This document shows positions 18,579 through 29,044 of a DNA stretch of 64,000 bases, in pieces. Location: assembly GCA_016204605.1 (NCBI GenBank), contig JACQKK010000032.1, positions 6,361 to 70,360 of the forward strand, in the 5' to 3' direction. The notes below the pieces were generated by a model that was given only the letters and a program-made list of their open reading frames with translations, was not told the origin of the DNA and did not search any database. The position numbers and the translations under genes were made by a program. The DNA is from Candidatus Lambdaproteobacteria bacterium (lineage in GTDB: Bacteria > SAR324 > JACQKK01). Each line of letters starts with the position of its first letter. Position 1 is the first letter of the stretch.

Positions 18579-19532
18579 GTGAAAGCGTATCTCATCAACC
18601 GCACGCTGCTCGTGTTTCTGACGCTGTTCGGGATGTCGATCGTGATCTTCATCCTGCTGCGTTTGGCGCCGGGCAATATCGTGGACATCCTGTTCGACTC
18701 CGCCGGCTACGTGGACCCCGCGGAGAAGAAGGTGCTCGAGGCCGAGCTGGGGCTGGACAAGCCCGTCTACGTGCAATATGGCGCGTGGATGGCCGAGCTG
18801 CTCTCGGGCAACCTGGGCAAGTCGTATCGGCTGGAGATCCCCGCCGGCGAAGTGATCCGGCCGCGCATCCCCGTCTCGCTGGAATTGGCCCTATTGGCTT
18901 TCTTCTTCTCGATCATCCTGGGGATTCCGCCCGGGGTCATCAGCGCCGTGCGGCAGGACACGGCCATGGATTACACGCTGCGCGTGATCAGCCTGAGCGG
19001 GCTTTCCATGCCCGCGTTCTGGCTGGGGCTGCTCATCATCCTGGCGTTCGTGTACAACACGGACCTGTCGCCGATTTACATCAACGCGCCCACCACCTTC
19101 GGCGGCCACGTCTTGCTGTTCGGGGTGCCGGCGTTCGTGGTCGGATTCCGATCCTCGGCACTGCTGATGCGGCTGACGCGCTCCTCGATGCTCGAGGTGA
19201 TGCGGCAGGATTACATCCGCACCGCCAAGTCGAAGGGGCTGGCGGAGCAGGTGGTCAACTATCGGCATGCGTTGAAGAACGCCATTCTGCCGGTCGTGAC
19301 GCTGCTGGGCATCGAGGCGGCCTTCCTGATGGGCGGGCTGGTGGTGACGGAATCGGTGTTCAACATTCCGGGGGTCGCGCGCTTCCTGGTGCAGGCCATT
19401 CTCTGGCGCGATTATCCGATCGTGCAGAACCTGGTGATGTTCATCGCGATCATCGTGGTCGTCGTGAATTTCCTCACGGATCTGACGTACACTTGGCTCG
19501 ATCCGCGCTTGCAGTTGACCGGCAAACTCTGA
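18579..19532 (+). CDS. ABC peptide/nickel-type permease (DppB/OppB-like)
   Basis: RLAPG, LGLDKP..VQY, RSSMLEVMRQDYIRTAKSKGL, ESVFNIPG, RDYPIVQ; GTG start after gagga. Confidence 0.93.
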   Translation: MKAYLINRTLLVFLTLFGMSIVIFILLRLAPGNIVDILFDSAGYVDPAEKKVLEAELGLDKPVYVQYGAWMAELLSGNLGKSYRLEIPAGEVIRPRIPVSLELALLAFFFSIILGIPPGVISAVRQDTAMDYTLRVISLSGLSMPAFWLGLLIILAFVYNTDLSPIYINAPTTFGGHVLLFGVPAFVVGFRSSALLMRLTRSSMLEVMRQDYIRTAKSKGLAEQVVNYRHALKNAILPVVTLLGIEAAFLMGGLVVTESVFNIPGVARFLVQAILWRDYPIVQNLVMFIAIIVVVVNFLTDLTYTWLDPRLQLTGKL

Positions 19533-19721
19533 CAGACTCGCCGGCAGCGGTCGTCGCGCAGAGGGGCGGGCCGAGGCGCACAGGTCGGTAAACCGAGGAA
19601 GCAACACTGAAGACCGAGCCAGGCGCACGAACGTGACGGCGTCCGGCGAAGTTCCTTACCGCCCATCGGCGCAGCGACAGCCGGGGTGAAGGCGAAACCA
19701 ACGATCTTCGTGGATGGGCAT

Positions 19722-20618
19722 ATGACCGAGACTGGAGCGCTGGGGGAGCAGATCCACTCCCAGTCGTTGTGGCATACGTTGGGAATCGAGCAGGCCTGGG
19801 AGTTCTGCAAGCGCAAGCCGCTGGGGGCCATCGGCGCGTTCATCATGATCGTGATGGTGGTATTGGCGCTGCTGGCGGACTTCGTGACCGCGATCGACCC
19901 GGTGACCACGAACGCCGACAAGACGCTGCAAGCGCCCAATTCCGTCTACTGGATGGGCACCGACTACCTCGGCCGCGACATCTACAGCCGGATCATCTTC
20001 GGGACGCGCATCTCACTCACCGTAGGCATCCTCGCCACGCTGTTCGGCGGTCTCAGCGGGCTGGCGATCGGGCTCGTATCCGGGTACATGCTCGGGTGGA
20101 TGGACCTGGTCGTGCAGCGGTTCATGGACGTCTTCCAGGCCCTGCCGCGGCTGGTGTTGGCGCTGGTGATGTCGGCCGCGCTGGGGCCCTCGATCCAGAA
20201 CGTGGTGATCGCCATCGCCGTGCCCCTGATCCCGATCATTGCGCGGGTCGTGCGCTCCAGTACGCTGGCGGTGCGTGAGCTGCCGTTCGTGGAGGCCGCG
20301 CGGGCCGCCGGCATGGCAGAATGGCGCATCGCGCTGATCCACGTGCTGCCCAACACCTTGGCGCCGTTCATCGTGCTGGTGACGGCCCAGCTCGGCGCCG
20401 CCATCCTGGTCGAGGCGTCGCTCTCGTTCCTCGGCTTGGGCGTGCCGGAACCGCATCCCTCTTGGGGCCGGATGCTCTCCGAATCGGCCGCGGAGTATGC
20501 GCAGCAGGCGCCATGGCTCGTCATCTTCCCCGGGCTGGCGATCAGCGCGGCGGTGTTCGGAACGAACCTGCTCGGCGATGCCTTGCGCGACGAGCTGGAT
20601 CCACGGCTGAAGCAGTAG
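19722..20618 (+). CDS. ABC peptide/nickel-type permease (DppC/OppC-like)
   Basis: MGTDYLGRDIYSR, EAA motif FVEAARAAG, EASLSFLGLG, PSWGRML, GDALRD.LDPR. Confidence 0.93.
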   Translation: MTETGALGEQIHSQSLWHTLGIEQAWEFCKRKPLGAIGAFIMIVMVVLALLADFVTAIDPVTTNADKTLQAPNSVYWMGTDYLGRDIYSRIIFGTRISLTVGILATLFGGLSGLAIGLVSGYMLGWMDLVVQRFMDVFQALPRLVLALVMSAALGPSIQNVVIAIAVPLIPIIARVVRSSTLAVRELPFVEAARAAGMAEWRIALIHVLPNTLAPFIVLVTAQLGAAILVEASLSFLGLGVPEPHPSWGRMLSESAAEYAQQAPWLVIFPGLAISAAVFGTNLLGDALRDELDPRLKQ

Positions 20619-20809
20619 CTGCAAGCCCCATCGTCGCCGCCCCGCGCTTTCGGGCGGCGCCGCCCGGCCGCCCCGCCCGTTCGGGGCGCAGGCGCAGGGC
20701 GACACCGCTGGGCGGTGTCGCTTGCCGTGGCACCTGCCGGAAGCGGTCGGCGCGCGAGGGGGCGCCGGGTTCCCGCAGCGGAAATCAACATTCTTGACGT
20801 GAGTATCGG

Positions 20810-21859
20810 ATGACCGAGTCAGCACGCGCTCAAACGGCATCGGCCAATCAGGCGGCCGAGGTCGTTCTCAAGATCGACGACCTCAAGACCTATTTCTACA
20901 CGCGCGAAGGCACGGTGCGTGCCGTCGACGGTGTCTCCTGGGAACTCTATCGCGGCGAAACGCTGGGGGTGGTGGGAGAATCGGGCTGCGGCAAGAGCGT
21001 GACGGCCCTTTCCATCCTGCGGCTGGTGGCCGATCCTCCGGGGCGGATCGCCGGCGGCGCCATCACCTACGGCGGCCAGGACCTGCTCAAGCTCTCCGAG
21101 CAGCGCATGCAGCAGATTCGCGGCAACGACATTTCGATGATCTTCCAGGAGCCGATGACGTCGCTCAACCCCGTGCTGACGATCGGCAACCAGATCGCCG
21201 AAACGATCATGCTGCACGAGGGTCTTACCAAGAAGGACGCGTGGGACAAATCGATCCAGATGCTGCGCCTGGTGCACATTCCGGAGCCCGTGCGGCGCGT
21301 GCAGGAGTATCCCCATCAGCTCTCCGGCGGGATGCGGCAGCGCGTGATGATCGCGATGGCGCTCTCGTGCAACCCGCAAATCCTCATCGCCGACGAGCCG
21401 ACGACCGCGCTGGACGTGACGATCCAGGCGCAGATTCTCGACCTGATGCTCGAGCTCAAGCAGGAGACGGGGTCGGCCGTCATCATCATCACCCACAACC
21501 TGGGCGTCGTCGCCGAAACGTGCCGGCGGGTGGTGGTGATGTATGCGGGCAAGAAAGTGGAGGAGGGCTCCGCCGAGGAAATCTTCCACCATCCGCGGCA
21601 CCCTTACACGTACGGTCTGCTGGGGTCGGTGCCCCGGCTCGACAAGATCATCCAGGAGGACTCCAACGGTCGCTCCCGGTTGACCGAGATTCCCGGTATT
21701 GTGCCTTCGCTGCGCAATCTTCCGCCGGGCTGCACGTTCGCACCCCGCTGCACCTACGCGACCGACGCATGCCGCGAAAAGTACCCGCCCCTCGAACAGA
21801 AATTACCGGGTCACTGGGCGGCGTGCTGGAACTCCGACAAACTGCCCGGAGGACGGTAA
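20810..21859 (+). CDS. ABC ATP-binding protein (DppD/OppD-like)
   Basis: Walker [32 protein letters not shown] and C-terminal Cys motif. Confidence 0.95.
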   Translation: MTESARAQTASANQAAEVVLKIDDLKTYFYTREGTVRAVDGVSWELYRGETLGVVGESGCGKSVTALSILRLVADPPGRIAGGAITYGGQDLLKLSEQRMQQIRGNDISMIFQEPMTSLNPVLTIGNQIAETIMLHEGLTKKDAWDKSIQMLRLVHIPEPVRRVQEYPHQLSGGMRQRVMIAMALSCNPQILIADEPTTALDVTIQAQILDLMLELKQETGSAVIIITHNLGVVAETCRRVVVMYAGKKVEEGSAEEIFHHPRHPYTYGLLGSVPRLDKIIQEDSNGRSRLTEIPGIVPSLRNLPPGCTFAPRCTYATDACREKYPPLEQKLPGHWAACWNSDKLPGGR

Positions 21860-21862
21860 CAC

Positions 21863-22852
21863 ATGGTTGAAACTGCACAGAAGACGAAAGGGCGCCTGCT
21901 CGAAGTCGAAGGGTTGAAGAAGCACTTCCCGATCAAGCAGGGCGTGCTCGGTCGCGCGGTGGGCAACGTCTACGCCGTGGACGGCATCTCGTTCTACATC
22001 AACGATGGGGAAACCCTCGGGATGGTGGGCGAGAGCGGCTGCGGCAAATCGACGGCGGGCAAGACCATCCTGAAGCTGATCGAGCCGACCGCCGGCAAGA
22101 TCATGATGGAGGGATCGGACCTCGCGCCCATGAACAAGGCGGCGATGCGGCCGTTCCGCCGCGAGATGCAGATGATCTTCCAGGACCCCTATTCCTCCCT
22201 GAACCCCCGCATGTCGATCGGGAACATCGTGGGCGAGCCGCTCGTGATTCACGGCATCGCCAAGGGCAAGGAGAAGGTGGAACGCACGACCAAGCTGCTC
22301 GAAAAGGTGGGGATTCTCCCCGAGAAGATGGACAGCTTCCCGCACGAGTTCTCGGGCGGGCAGCGGCAGCGCATCAGCATCGCCCGGGCGCTCGCGCTCA
22401 ACCCCAAGCTGATCATCTGCGACGAGCCGGTTTCGGCGCTGGATGTCTCGATCCAGGCGCAGGTGCTGAACCTGATGATGGACCTCCAGCAGGACTTGGG
22501 GCTGACCTATCTGTTCATCGCCCACGACCTGGCCGTGGTCGAGCACATCAGCCACCGTGTGGCCGTGATGTACCTCGGCAAGATCGTCGAGCTGACGGAC
22601 AAGAAGACGCTGTTCAAGAATCCGCTCCATCCCTACACCGAGGCGCTGCTTTCGGCGGTGCCGATCCCCAACCCGAGCCTGAAGCGGGGCAAGCGCATCA
22701 TCCTCAAGGGCGACGTGCCGAGCCCGATCAATCCGCCGTCGGGCTGCCACTTCCACACCCGCTGCCCGTACGTGATGGATCGGTGCAAGACGGAAGTGCC
22801 CCCCTTCAAGGAAGTCGAGCCCGGCCACTGGGCTTCCTGCCATCTGCGCTGA
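21863..22852 (+). CDS. ABC ATP-binding protein (DppF/OppF-like)
   Basis: [46 protein letters not shown]. Confidence 0.95.
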   Translation: MVETAQKTKGRLLEVEGLKKHFPIKQGVLGRAVGNVYAVDGISFYINDGETLGMVGESGCGKSTAGKTILKLIEPTAGKIMMEGSDLAPMNKAAMRPFRREMQMIFQDPYSSLNPRMSIGNIVGEPLVIHGIAKGKEKVERTTKLLEKVGILPEKMDSFPHEFSGGQRQRISIARALALNPKLIICDEPVSALDVSIQAQVLNLMMDLQQDLGLTYLFIAHDLAVVEHISHRVAVMYLGKIVELTDKKTLFKNPLHPYTEALLSAVPIPNPSLKRGKRIILKGDVPSPINPPSGCHFHTRCPYVMDRCKTEVPPFKEVEPGHWASCHLR

Positions 22853-22996
22853 GCGGCTCGCCCGAGCCGGCCGCCGGCGCCTTGCCGCGCGGCGCAGCCT
22901 CCCGGCTCGCGCCGCGGGCAGCTTCGCCAAGCCTGATCGTAGGTGACCGCCGGAGGCGTCGCTTCCCCGGGGAGTGGCGCCGCGCGCGCACCACAC

Positions 22997-23956
22997 CTAA
23001 TACCGGAGCTCCACGCCGAGCGTGTAAGCGGTCAGTTTCAGGTGCTCTTCGACATTGGGGACGACGAACGCGCGTTGTTCGTCGGAATGCGAGTAGCCGA
23101 GGCTGAAGCTCGTACGGGCCGTGAACGCGATCGCCAGGTCGGCCCCCCGCACGAGCTGCTGCACGGTCACGGCGTCGGTGAACCGGACTTCCGACGAGGT
23201 TTCGCTCAGCCGCAAGCGTGCGCGGGCCGTACTGAGCTCGAAGGCGAGGTACCGCTCGCGTCGCTCGTAGTCGATGCTTGCTCCGTGCACCAGGGGCGTC
23301 CGGGTCAGGTTGACCGACAGCGACAGCGTCAACGCCCGGAAAGGCAGCAGCAGCCCCGCATCCTGGGAGACCGCCGTGTAGCGGTAGGTTTCGCGGGAGG
23401 TGGGGTTCGCATCGTTGCGGAACCGGAAGCGCAGGGTTTCCTGCGAGAGCGAGTAGCCCAGCCGCAGCACCGAGACGGTGAAGAAGACCGAATGCGACGC
23501 GCCGGTGCGGCCGTAGGCATACTCCAGCTCGACGGGCAGCACCGCGTCGACCACCTTGAACCCGCCCTGCTCGCCCTCCTGCGAATAGGCGTAGGCGAAC
23601 CAGCGCAGCGTGAGTGCGGCGGCCGCCGCGGCGCCGCTGTCGTGGGACTCGCTCGTCTGCGTCGCCGACTTGCTGAAGATCTCCCGATCCTGCGCTAGCG
23701 CGCCGAAGCGCAGCAGGCGCAAGTCGAGCACGCCCAGGGCGCTCCCGCCCGTGGTGCGCGTGGTCTGCTCCCCGGCAGTGCCCTCGTTGATGATCAGGTC
23801 CTGGAACGCAATCCCGAGATTGAGCCGGGTCTCCGGCCGCAGCACCTCGCCGAGCAGCACCGCATTCTGCGCCCGCACCAGCCCGGCGGCGGCGAGGCAC
23901 AGCGCCAGGGCCAGCGGAACCGGGGCGAGAAACGGCGTGGCGCGCATCGATCCCAT
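22997..23956 (-). CDS. Hypothetical secreted, probable outer-membrane beta-barrel protein
   Basis: Signal peptide (..GLVRA/QN), alternating beta-strand patterns, C-terminal TLGVELRY aromatic end. Confidence 0.6.
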   Translation of the reverse strand: MGSMRATPFLAPVPLALALCLAAAGLVRAQNAVLLGEVLRPETRLNLGIAFQDLIINEGTAGEQTTRTTGGSALGVLDLRLLRFGALAQDREIFSKSATQTSESHDSGAAAAAALTLRWFAYAYSQEGEQGGFKVVDAVLPVELEYAYGRTGASHSVFFTVSVLRLGYSLSQETLRFRFRNDANPTSRETYRYTAVSQDAGLLLPFRALTLSLSVNLTRTPLVHGASIDYERRERYLAFELSTARARLRLSETSSEVRFTDAVTVQQLVRGADLAIAFTARTSFSLGYSHSDEQRAFVVPNVEEHLKLTAYTLGVELRY

Positions 23957-24211
23957 GGGTGCAGGCGGGCACCCCCGGCCCGATGCCAGGGAATCCCTAC
24001 GGCGTTATCGGCAAATCCGCGCCAGGCTTGAGCGCCGCTGCCCTCACCACTGCCCGCACCGCTGCCCCCCGGCGGCGACGCATTCCGCTTGGCAGGCGCG
24101 TCCGGTCGTGATCCAATGCCCCGACCCGCCCGGCGGGGCGCAGGGGAGGGCTTGCGGGCTCCGCCGCGCCCGAAGCGGGGGACGGGCACTCGCGCCACAG
24201 GGAGGAACGTG

Positions 24212-25180
24212 ATGATCCGGACGGTGCTCACTGAGCGCTTCGACCTGCGGTACCCCGTGCTGCTGGCCCCGATGGGAACGTTCTCCGGCGGCAGCCTCGC
24301 CGCCGCCGTGACGGCGGCCGGGGGACTCGGGCTGATCGGCGTCGGCCTGCACGACCGCGCCCATCTCGAACGCGAGCTGAAGGCCGCGGGAGATGCCCGC
24401 GTGGGGCTCGGCTACATCTGCTGGCAACTGCCCGCCGCGCGCGAGCTGCTCGGGCTTGGGCTCGCCCGGCGGCCGCCCCTGGTGATGTTCGCCTTCGGCG
24501 ATCCCGCCCCGTACGTCGAGCAGGTGCGGGCCGCGGGCGCGGCGGTGCTGTGGCAGGTGCACAGCGTGGCCGAGGCCAAGGCGGCCGCCGCCCTGGGCGT
24601 GGACGTGATCGTGGCGCAGGGCTCCGATTCGGGCGGCCACGGCCAACCGATCCGCGCGGTGCTGGGGCTGGTGCCGGCCGTGGTGGACGCCGTGTCACCC
24701 ATCCCCGTCGTGGCCGCGGGAGCCATCGCCGATGGCCGCGGGCTCGCCGCGGCGCTCATGCTGGGGGCGGCGGGCGTGCTGGTGGGTACCGCGTTCTGCA
24801 CCGCCACCGAGTCGCTCGGCGGCGCCAAGGCCAAGCACCGGCTGATCGAGGCCACCGGCGACGATACGCTGCGCACGTCGGTCTACGATATCGTGCGCGA
24901 GCTGCCCTGGGAGAAGCCCTTCGATGGCCGCGCCATCCGCAACCGCTTCATCGAGGAGTGGCACGGGCGCGAGGGCGACCTGCGCCGCGCGGTGCCCGGC
25001 CTGCGGGCATCCTACGCGCGGGCGGTGCAGGAGGCCGACCTGGAGGTGGCGCCCGTCTGGGCCGGCGAGGGCGTGGACCTGGTGCGGGCCGAGGAGCCCG
25101 CGGCGGCGATCCTGGGGCGCATGGTGCGGCAGGCCGAGGCCCTGCTGCGCGGCGCCGGGGGCTGGGTCGTCGAGGGGTAA
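24212..25180 (+). CDS. Nitronate monooxygenase / FabK-like FMN enzyme
   Basis: YPVLLAPM, AAGGLGLIG, VAQGSDSGGH, VAAGAIADGRG, VGTAF..T.ES. Confidence 0.9.
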   Translation: MIRTVLTERFDLRYPVLLAPMGTFSGGSLAAAVTAAGGLGLIGVGLHDRAHLERELKAAGDARVGLGYICWQLPAARELLGLGLARRPPLVMFAFGDPAPYVEQVRAAGAAVLWQVHSVAEAKAAAALGVDVIVAQGSDSGGHGQPIRAVLGLVPAVVDAVSPIPVVAAGAIADGRGLAAALMLGAAGVLVGTAFCTATESLGGAKAKHRLIEATGDDTLRTSVYDIVRELPWEKPFDGRAIRNRFIEEWHGREGDLRRAVPGLRASYARAVQEADLEVAPVWAGEGVDLVRAEEPAAAILGRMVRQAEALLRGAGGWVVEG

Positions 25181-25191
25181 CCGCCGGCGCG

Positions 25192-25229
25192 GCCTCACCC
25201 CCTGCCCCCTCTCCTGGGGGAGAGGGGGT
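25192..25229. repeat. REP-like palindrome between convergent genes
   Basis: gcctcacccc..ccccctctcctgggggagaggggg, same core as the other copies. Confidence 0.65.
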
Positions 25230-25330
25230 GGCTGCGATCCGTGCGGACGGCCGATCCGAGACCCCCCCTTCTTCTATGAAGGCCCGCTCGCCAAGCCGAC
25301 ACTTGGTCACGCAGAGGCTTCGCCTGCGGC

Positions 25331-26518
25331 TCAGATCACGTCCTCCTTGCGTAACTGCGCGATCTGCTCCCGGGAGTAGCCCAGCGCGGCGAGCACCTCG
25401 TCCGTGTGCTGGCCGAGGCGCGGCGGCGGGGATTCGACGCTGGGGCCGTCGTGGGCGAACTTGAAGGCGGCGAGCGGCACCGTCACCGCGCCCTCAATGC
25501 CGTCGATCGCCGCGTGCTTGTGCAGCACCCGCCGGGAGCTGAGCTGCACATCGTCGAGCGACTCGGCGATGGGACGCACGCGGCCGGCGGGGACGTGCCG
25601 CGCCTGGAGGTAAGTTTCCCATTCGAGCCCGGTACGCTGGGCGATGATCCGTTGCAGCTCGTCGGTCTGCTCCTGGTACCGCCGCTCCCGCTCCTCGTGG
25701 CTCGATTGCGCCGCGATGTCGGGCCGGCCCAGGGCGTGGAAGAGCCGCTCGTGCTGGCCGCGGTTGCTGGCGCCGATGATCAGCAGCCCGTCCTTGGTCT
25801 CGTAGGTCTGGCTGCTGGCGTACTGCATGGCGTTGCCCTTGGGCTTGGGCTCGGCGCCGGTGCGCAGGTAGGAGGTGATGTGCGAGCCCATCAGCATCAG
25901 CGCCACGTCGAGCATGGCCGTGTCGATATACTGGCCGCGCCCGGTGCGCTCCCGCTGGAAGAGGGCGCTGGCGATGGCGAAGGCGGCCATGGTGCCGGTG
26001 GCGTAGTCGATCACGGGCGAGCCGGTCTTGATCGGGTTGACCTCGCGCGTGCCCGTCGTGGCCATCATCCCCGAGAGCGCCTGAATGACGTGATCGTACC
26101 CGGTCTGCTCGCCCCGCGGGCCATCCTGCCCGAAGGCCGTCACCGAGCAGTAGACCAGGCGCGGATTGAGCGCCCGCAGCTCCTGATAGCCCAGCCCCAA
26201 CGCCGGGAATGCCCCCGAGCGGAAGTTCTCGACGAACACGTCCGCATCCTTCACGAGTTGCTTGAGGATCTGCCGGCCCTGCTCGTGCTTGAGATTCAGC
26301 GTGATCGCGCGCTTGTTCGAGCCCTGGGTCATATACCCGGTGCCCATCTGCTGGTGGTTCAGGGCGCGGTCGCTGCCGGATTCGCGGCTCTGGTCGAAGT
26401 CCTGGGGATGCTCGACCTTGAGCACGTCGGCGCCGAGCAAGCCGAGCTGGTAGGCCGCGAACGGCCCCGCGAGCACGTGGGTGACGTCGATGATCTTGAT
26501 GCCTTCGAATGGCCTCAT
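25331..26518 (-). CDS. Family-III CoA transferase (CaiB/BaiF)
   Basis: PFEGIKIIDVTHVLAGP, LGADVLKVE, ADVFVENFR, GYDHVIQALSG (catalytic Asp), PPRLGQHT. Confidence 0.93.
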   Translation of the reverse strand: MRPFEGIKIIDVTHVLAGPFAAYQLGLLGADVLKVEHPQDFDQSRESGSDRALNHQQMGTGYMTQGSNKRAITLNLKHEQGRQILKQLVKDADVFVENFRSGAFPALGLGYQELRALNPRLVYCSVTAFGQDGPRGEQTGYDHVIQALSGMMATTGTREVNPIKTGSPVIDYATGTMAAFAIASALFQRERTGRGQYIDTAMLDVALMLMGSHITSYLRTGAEPKPKGNAMQYASSQTYETKDGLLIIGASNRGQHERLFHALGRPDIAAQSSHEERERRYQEQTDELQRIIAQRTGLEWETYLQARHVPAGRVRPIAESLDDVQLSSRRVLHKHAAIDGIEGAVTVPLAAFKFAHDGPSVESPPPRLGQHTDEVLAALGYSREQIAQLRKEDVI

Positions 26519-26699
26519 GCGGTGTACCTGACCTGATGGGCGGCCGCGCGCGGTCGCCGGGAATGGGAGTACGTGCCGCGCAGTACCGGCCGGGCGATTG
26601 CCCGCCGCCGGTTCCGCGCAGGGGTTCCTGGTGCTTGTATCGCGACTGACGCGGCGGCGCCACCCCCCGGGTGGAATGCGGCGGCGACGCTCCGCGCGC

Positions 26700-27074
26700 C
26701 TATATTCCCAGCTCCTTGAACACCTTGCGGGCTGCGCGGAAGGCGCCGACCCCGGCGGGCACGCCGGCGTATCCGGCGATCTGCATGAAGGTCGCCTTGA
26801 GCTGCTCCTTGGTGACGCCGTTCTTGATCGCGCCGCGGACGTGCGCCTCGAACTCGCCAGTGCGGTTCAGCGCGGCGAGGATGCACAGGCAGTTGAGGCT
26901 GTGCTGCTGCTTCGTGAGCGCGCTGTCGCCCCAGACGCGGCCCCAAGCCGTTTCGGTGATGAAACGGCGGAACTCCCGCTCGAACTCCGGCAGCTCCGGG
27001 GCGTCGGCGTCTCCGGGGTTCCCGATCACCTCCTCGCGCATCTTCATGCCGAGCTTGTAGTAGTCCACCGCCAT
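26700..27074 (-). CDS. Carboxymuconolactone decarboxylase family protein (PcaC-like)
   Basis: GMKMREEVIG, AWGRVW, HVRGAIKNGVT, YAGVPAG. Confidence 0.85.
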   Translation of the reverse strand: MAVDYYKLGMKMREEVIGNPGDADAPELPEFEREFRRFITETAWGRVWGDSALTKQQHSLNCLCILAALNRTGEFEAHVRGAIKNGVTKEQLKATFMQIAGYAGVPAGVGAFRAARKVFKELGI

Positions 27075-27159
27075 GGCTCGCTCCTCTGCTGAATCGTGAA
27101 AGGCATGCCGGGGCGGGATTGCCCTCCCCGGCGCGGCGTCCTGGCCGCCCGGTTGCGCA

Positions 27160-27711
27160 TCAGCCCGCGAACGGATTCGCCACGCCCTCGGGCGGCTGAA
27201 TCTGGAACGTCTTCAGGAACAGCCCAACCATCGTGTAGTACCCCGCCACCCCCACCAGCTCGCAGGTGGCGGGGATGCCGAGCGCCTTGACGACCTTGTC
27301 GAAGGTCACGTCGCTGACCTGGTGGTTCTGCTGCAGCTCGGTGACAAGGTCGTAGACCGCCTCGTCCTCGGGACTGGCGAAGCGGGGGCGGCGGCGCTCC
27401 TTGAGCGCCTGGATCAGCTCTTCGCCCAGCCCCTGCTGCCGTGCGATCTCGGCATTGCCCACGAACGGGATGGCCGCGCCCACGTGGCGCCCCACGATCA
27501 TCCCCACCAGCGCCGACGTGCGCGGCTTGAGCGAGTTGCCGAAGCGGATGAAGGTGCCCAGATTCTGCACGGCGTCGGCCAGCTTGGGACTGTGCAGCAT
27601 CACCTTGAAAGGGCCGCGCAGGCCGCCGCGCGGGGTTCGGGTGATCGTATCGATGATCCGGCGCTGTTCCGGACTGGCGTTTTCGGGTGTCACTTCCGGT
27701 ACGCGAGGCAT
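27160..27711 (-). CDS. CMD/AhpD-like protein, tandem paralogue 3
   Basis: MPRVPEVTPE, GPFKVMLHSP, VSD.TF, ELVGVAGYY shared with the two upstream copies. Confidence 0.8.
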   Translation of the reverse strand: MPRVPEVTPENASPEQRRIIDTITRTPRGGLRGPFKVMLHSPKLADAVQNLGTFIRFGNSLKPRTSALVGMIVGRHVGAAIPFVGNAEIARQQGLGEELIQALKERRRPRFASPEDEAVYDLVTELQQNHQVSDVTFDKVVKALGIPATCELVGVAGYYTMVGLFLKTFQIQPPEGVANPFAG

Positions 27712-27806
27712 GGCGTTCGCTCCAAACGGGTGGAAGGGAGGCGACCGCTCCGGCCCGGCGGGAAAGCCGGCGCCGGCGTGGTGGTCGCGGGGTTCGCCGG
27801 CGCGCT

Positions 27807-28358
27807 TCAATCCAGGAACGGCATCGGCACGTCGGCCGGCGGCTCGATCTGGAAGGCCTTGAGGAACAGCCCGACCATCGAGTAGTACCCGGTGACGCCC
27901 ACCAGCTCGCAGGTGCCAGCGATGCCAAAGTGCTGCACGGCCTGCTGGAAGGTCGCGTCGCTCACCTGGTGGTTGTGGTGCAGTTCCGTGACCAGGTCGT
28001 AGCAGGCCTCCTCATCGGCATGCGTGAAGACGGGGCGCCGGCGCTCCAGCACGGCCTGGATCACGTCTTCCGGCAGCCCGCCCTTGCGCGCCAGCACGGA
28101 ATGGCCCACCCACTCCACCCGGGCGCCGAGGAACCGGCCCGTGATGATGATCGCCAGCTCCGAAATGCGCGGCTGCAGCGAGGTGCCGAAGCGGAGGAAG
28201 CCGCCCAGCGCCTGCACGCCATCGGCCAGCTTGGGGCTGTGCAGCATCACCTTGAAGGGTCCCCGCAGCCCGCCGCGCGGTCCGCCGGTGATGGCAGCGA
28301 TGATGCGGTGCTGCTCCGGGTTGGCGTTTTCAGGGGTCACTTCGGGAACGCGGGGCAT
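27807..28358 (-). CDS. CMD/AhpD-like protein, tandem paralogue 2
   Basis: GGPRGGLRGPFKVMLHSP, ISELAI...EWVGH, ELVGVTGYY. Confidence 0.85.
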   Translation of the reverse strand: MPRVPEVTPENANPEQHRIIAAITGGPRGGLRGPFKVMLHSPKLADGVQALGGFLRFGTSLQPRISELAIIITGRFLGARVEWVGHSVLARKGGLPEDVIQAVLERRRPVFTHADEEACYDLVTELHHNHQVSDATFQQAVQHFGIAGTCELVGVTGYYSMVGLFLKAFQIEPPADVPMPFLD

Positions 28359-28489
28359 GGCTCGTCTCCTGGCAAGGGTTGGGGCCGCGGGATGCAGCGG
28401 GCCGCAGGGGCGGGCGCCCCCGCGGCGCAACGGGAGGGCGCGACGGAAACGCGCAACGCAGCCGCGCACCGGGGTCGCGCCACGATACG

Positions 28490-29044
28490 TCAGTCCTCGA
28501 ACGGCCGGGGCGGGTTGCCGGGCGGTTCGATCTGGAACGCCTTCAGGAACAGGCCCAGCAGGGTGTAATACCCGGCCAGCCCCACCAGCTCGCAGGTGCC
28601 GGGGATGCCGAAATGCCGCACGGCCTGCTGGAACGAGGCGTCGCTCACCTGGTGGTGCTGGTGCAGCTCCATCAGCACGTCGTAGGCGGCCTCCTCATCG
28701 GCCTGGCTGAAGGCCGGCCGGCGGCGCTCCAGGATCGCCTGGATCACCTCCTCCGTCAGCCCCGCCTGGCGACACCACTGCTGGTGGCTGACCCACTCGT
28801 AGCGGCAGGCGAGGAAGCGCGCCGTGACCAGGGTCGCCAGCTCCGAAATGCGCTTGTTGAGCGTGCTGCCGAAGCGCAAGTAGGCACCCAGGGCCTGGAC
28901 GCGGTCGGTCATCTGGGGGCTGTGCAGCATCACCTTGTACAGGGAGCCGGCGCCGCCGCGCGGGCCGCCGGCGATCGCTTCGAACACGCGGCGCTGCTCG
29001 GCGGTCATCCCGGATTCGGGGGTCACTTCGGTCGCACGGGGCAT
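28490..29044 (-). CDS. CMD/AhpD-like protein, tandem paralogue 1
   Basis: GGPRG...VMLHSP, ISELAT..ACRYEWVSH, ELVGLAGYY. Confidence 0.85.
   Translation of the reverse strand: MPRATEVTPESGMTAEQRRVFEAIAGGPRGGAGSLYKVMLHSPQMTDRVQALGAYLRFGSTLNKRISELATLVTARFLACRYEWVSHQQWCRQAGLTEEVIQAILERRRPAFSQADEEAAYDVLMELHQHHQVSDASFQQAVRHFGIPGTCELVGLAGYYTLLGLFLKAFQIEPPGNPPRPFED

Noticed and set aside
19533-19721. Possible SRP RNA or riboswitch (caggtcggtaaaccgaggaagcaac)
   Set aside because: Only superficial resemblance to the SRP CAGG..GGAAGCAGC motif; I could not build the long enclosing helix. Needs an Rfam scan.
24037-24070. Short 12-bp tandem repeat (gctgccctcacc-like) and the dispersed palindromes as a possible CRISPR array
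   Set aside because: No regular repeat-spacer periodicity and no cas genes.
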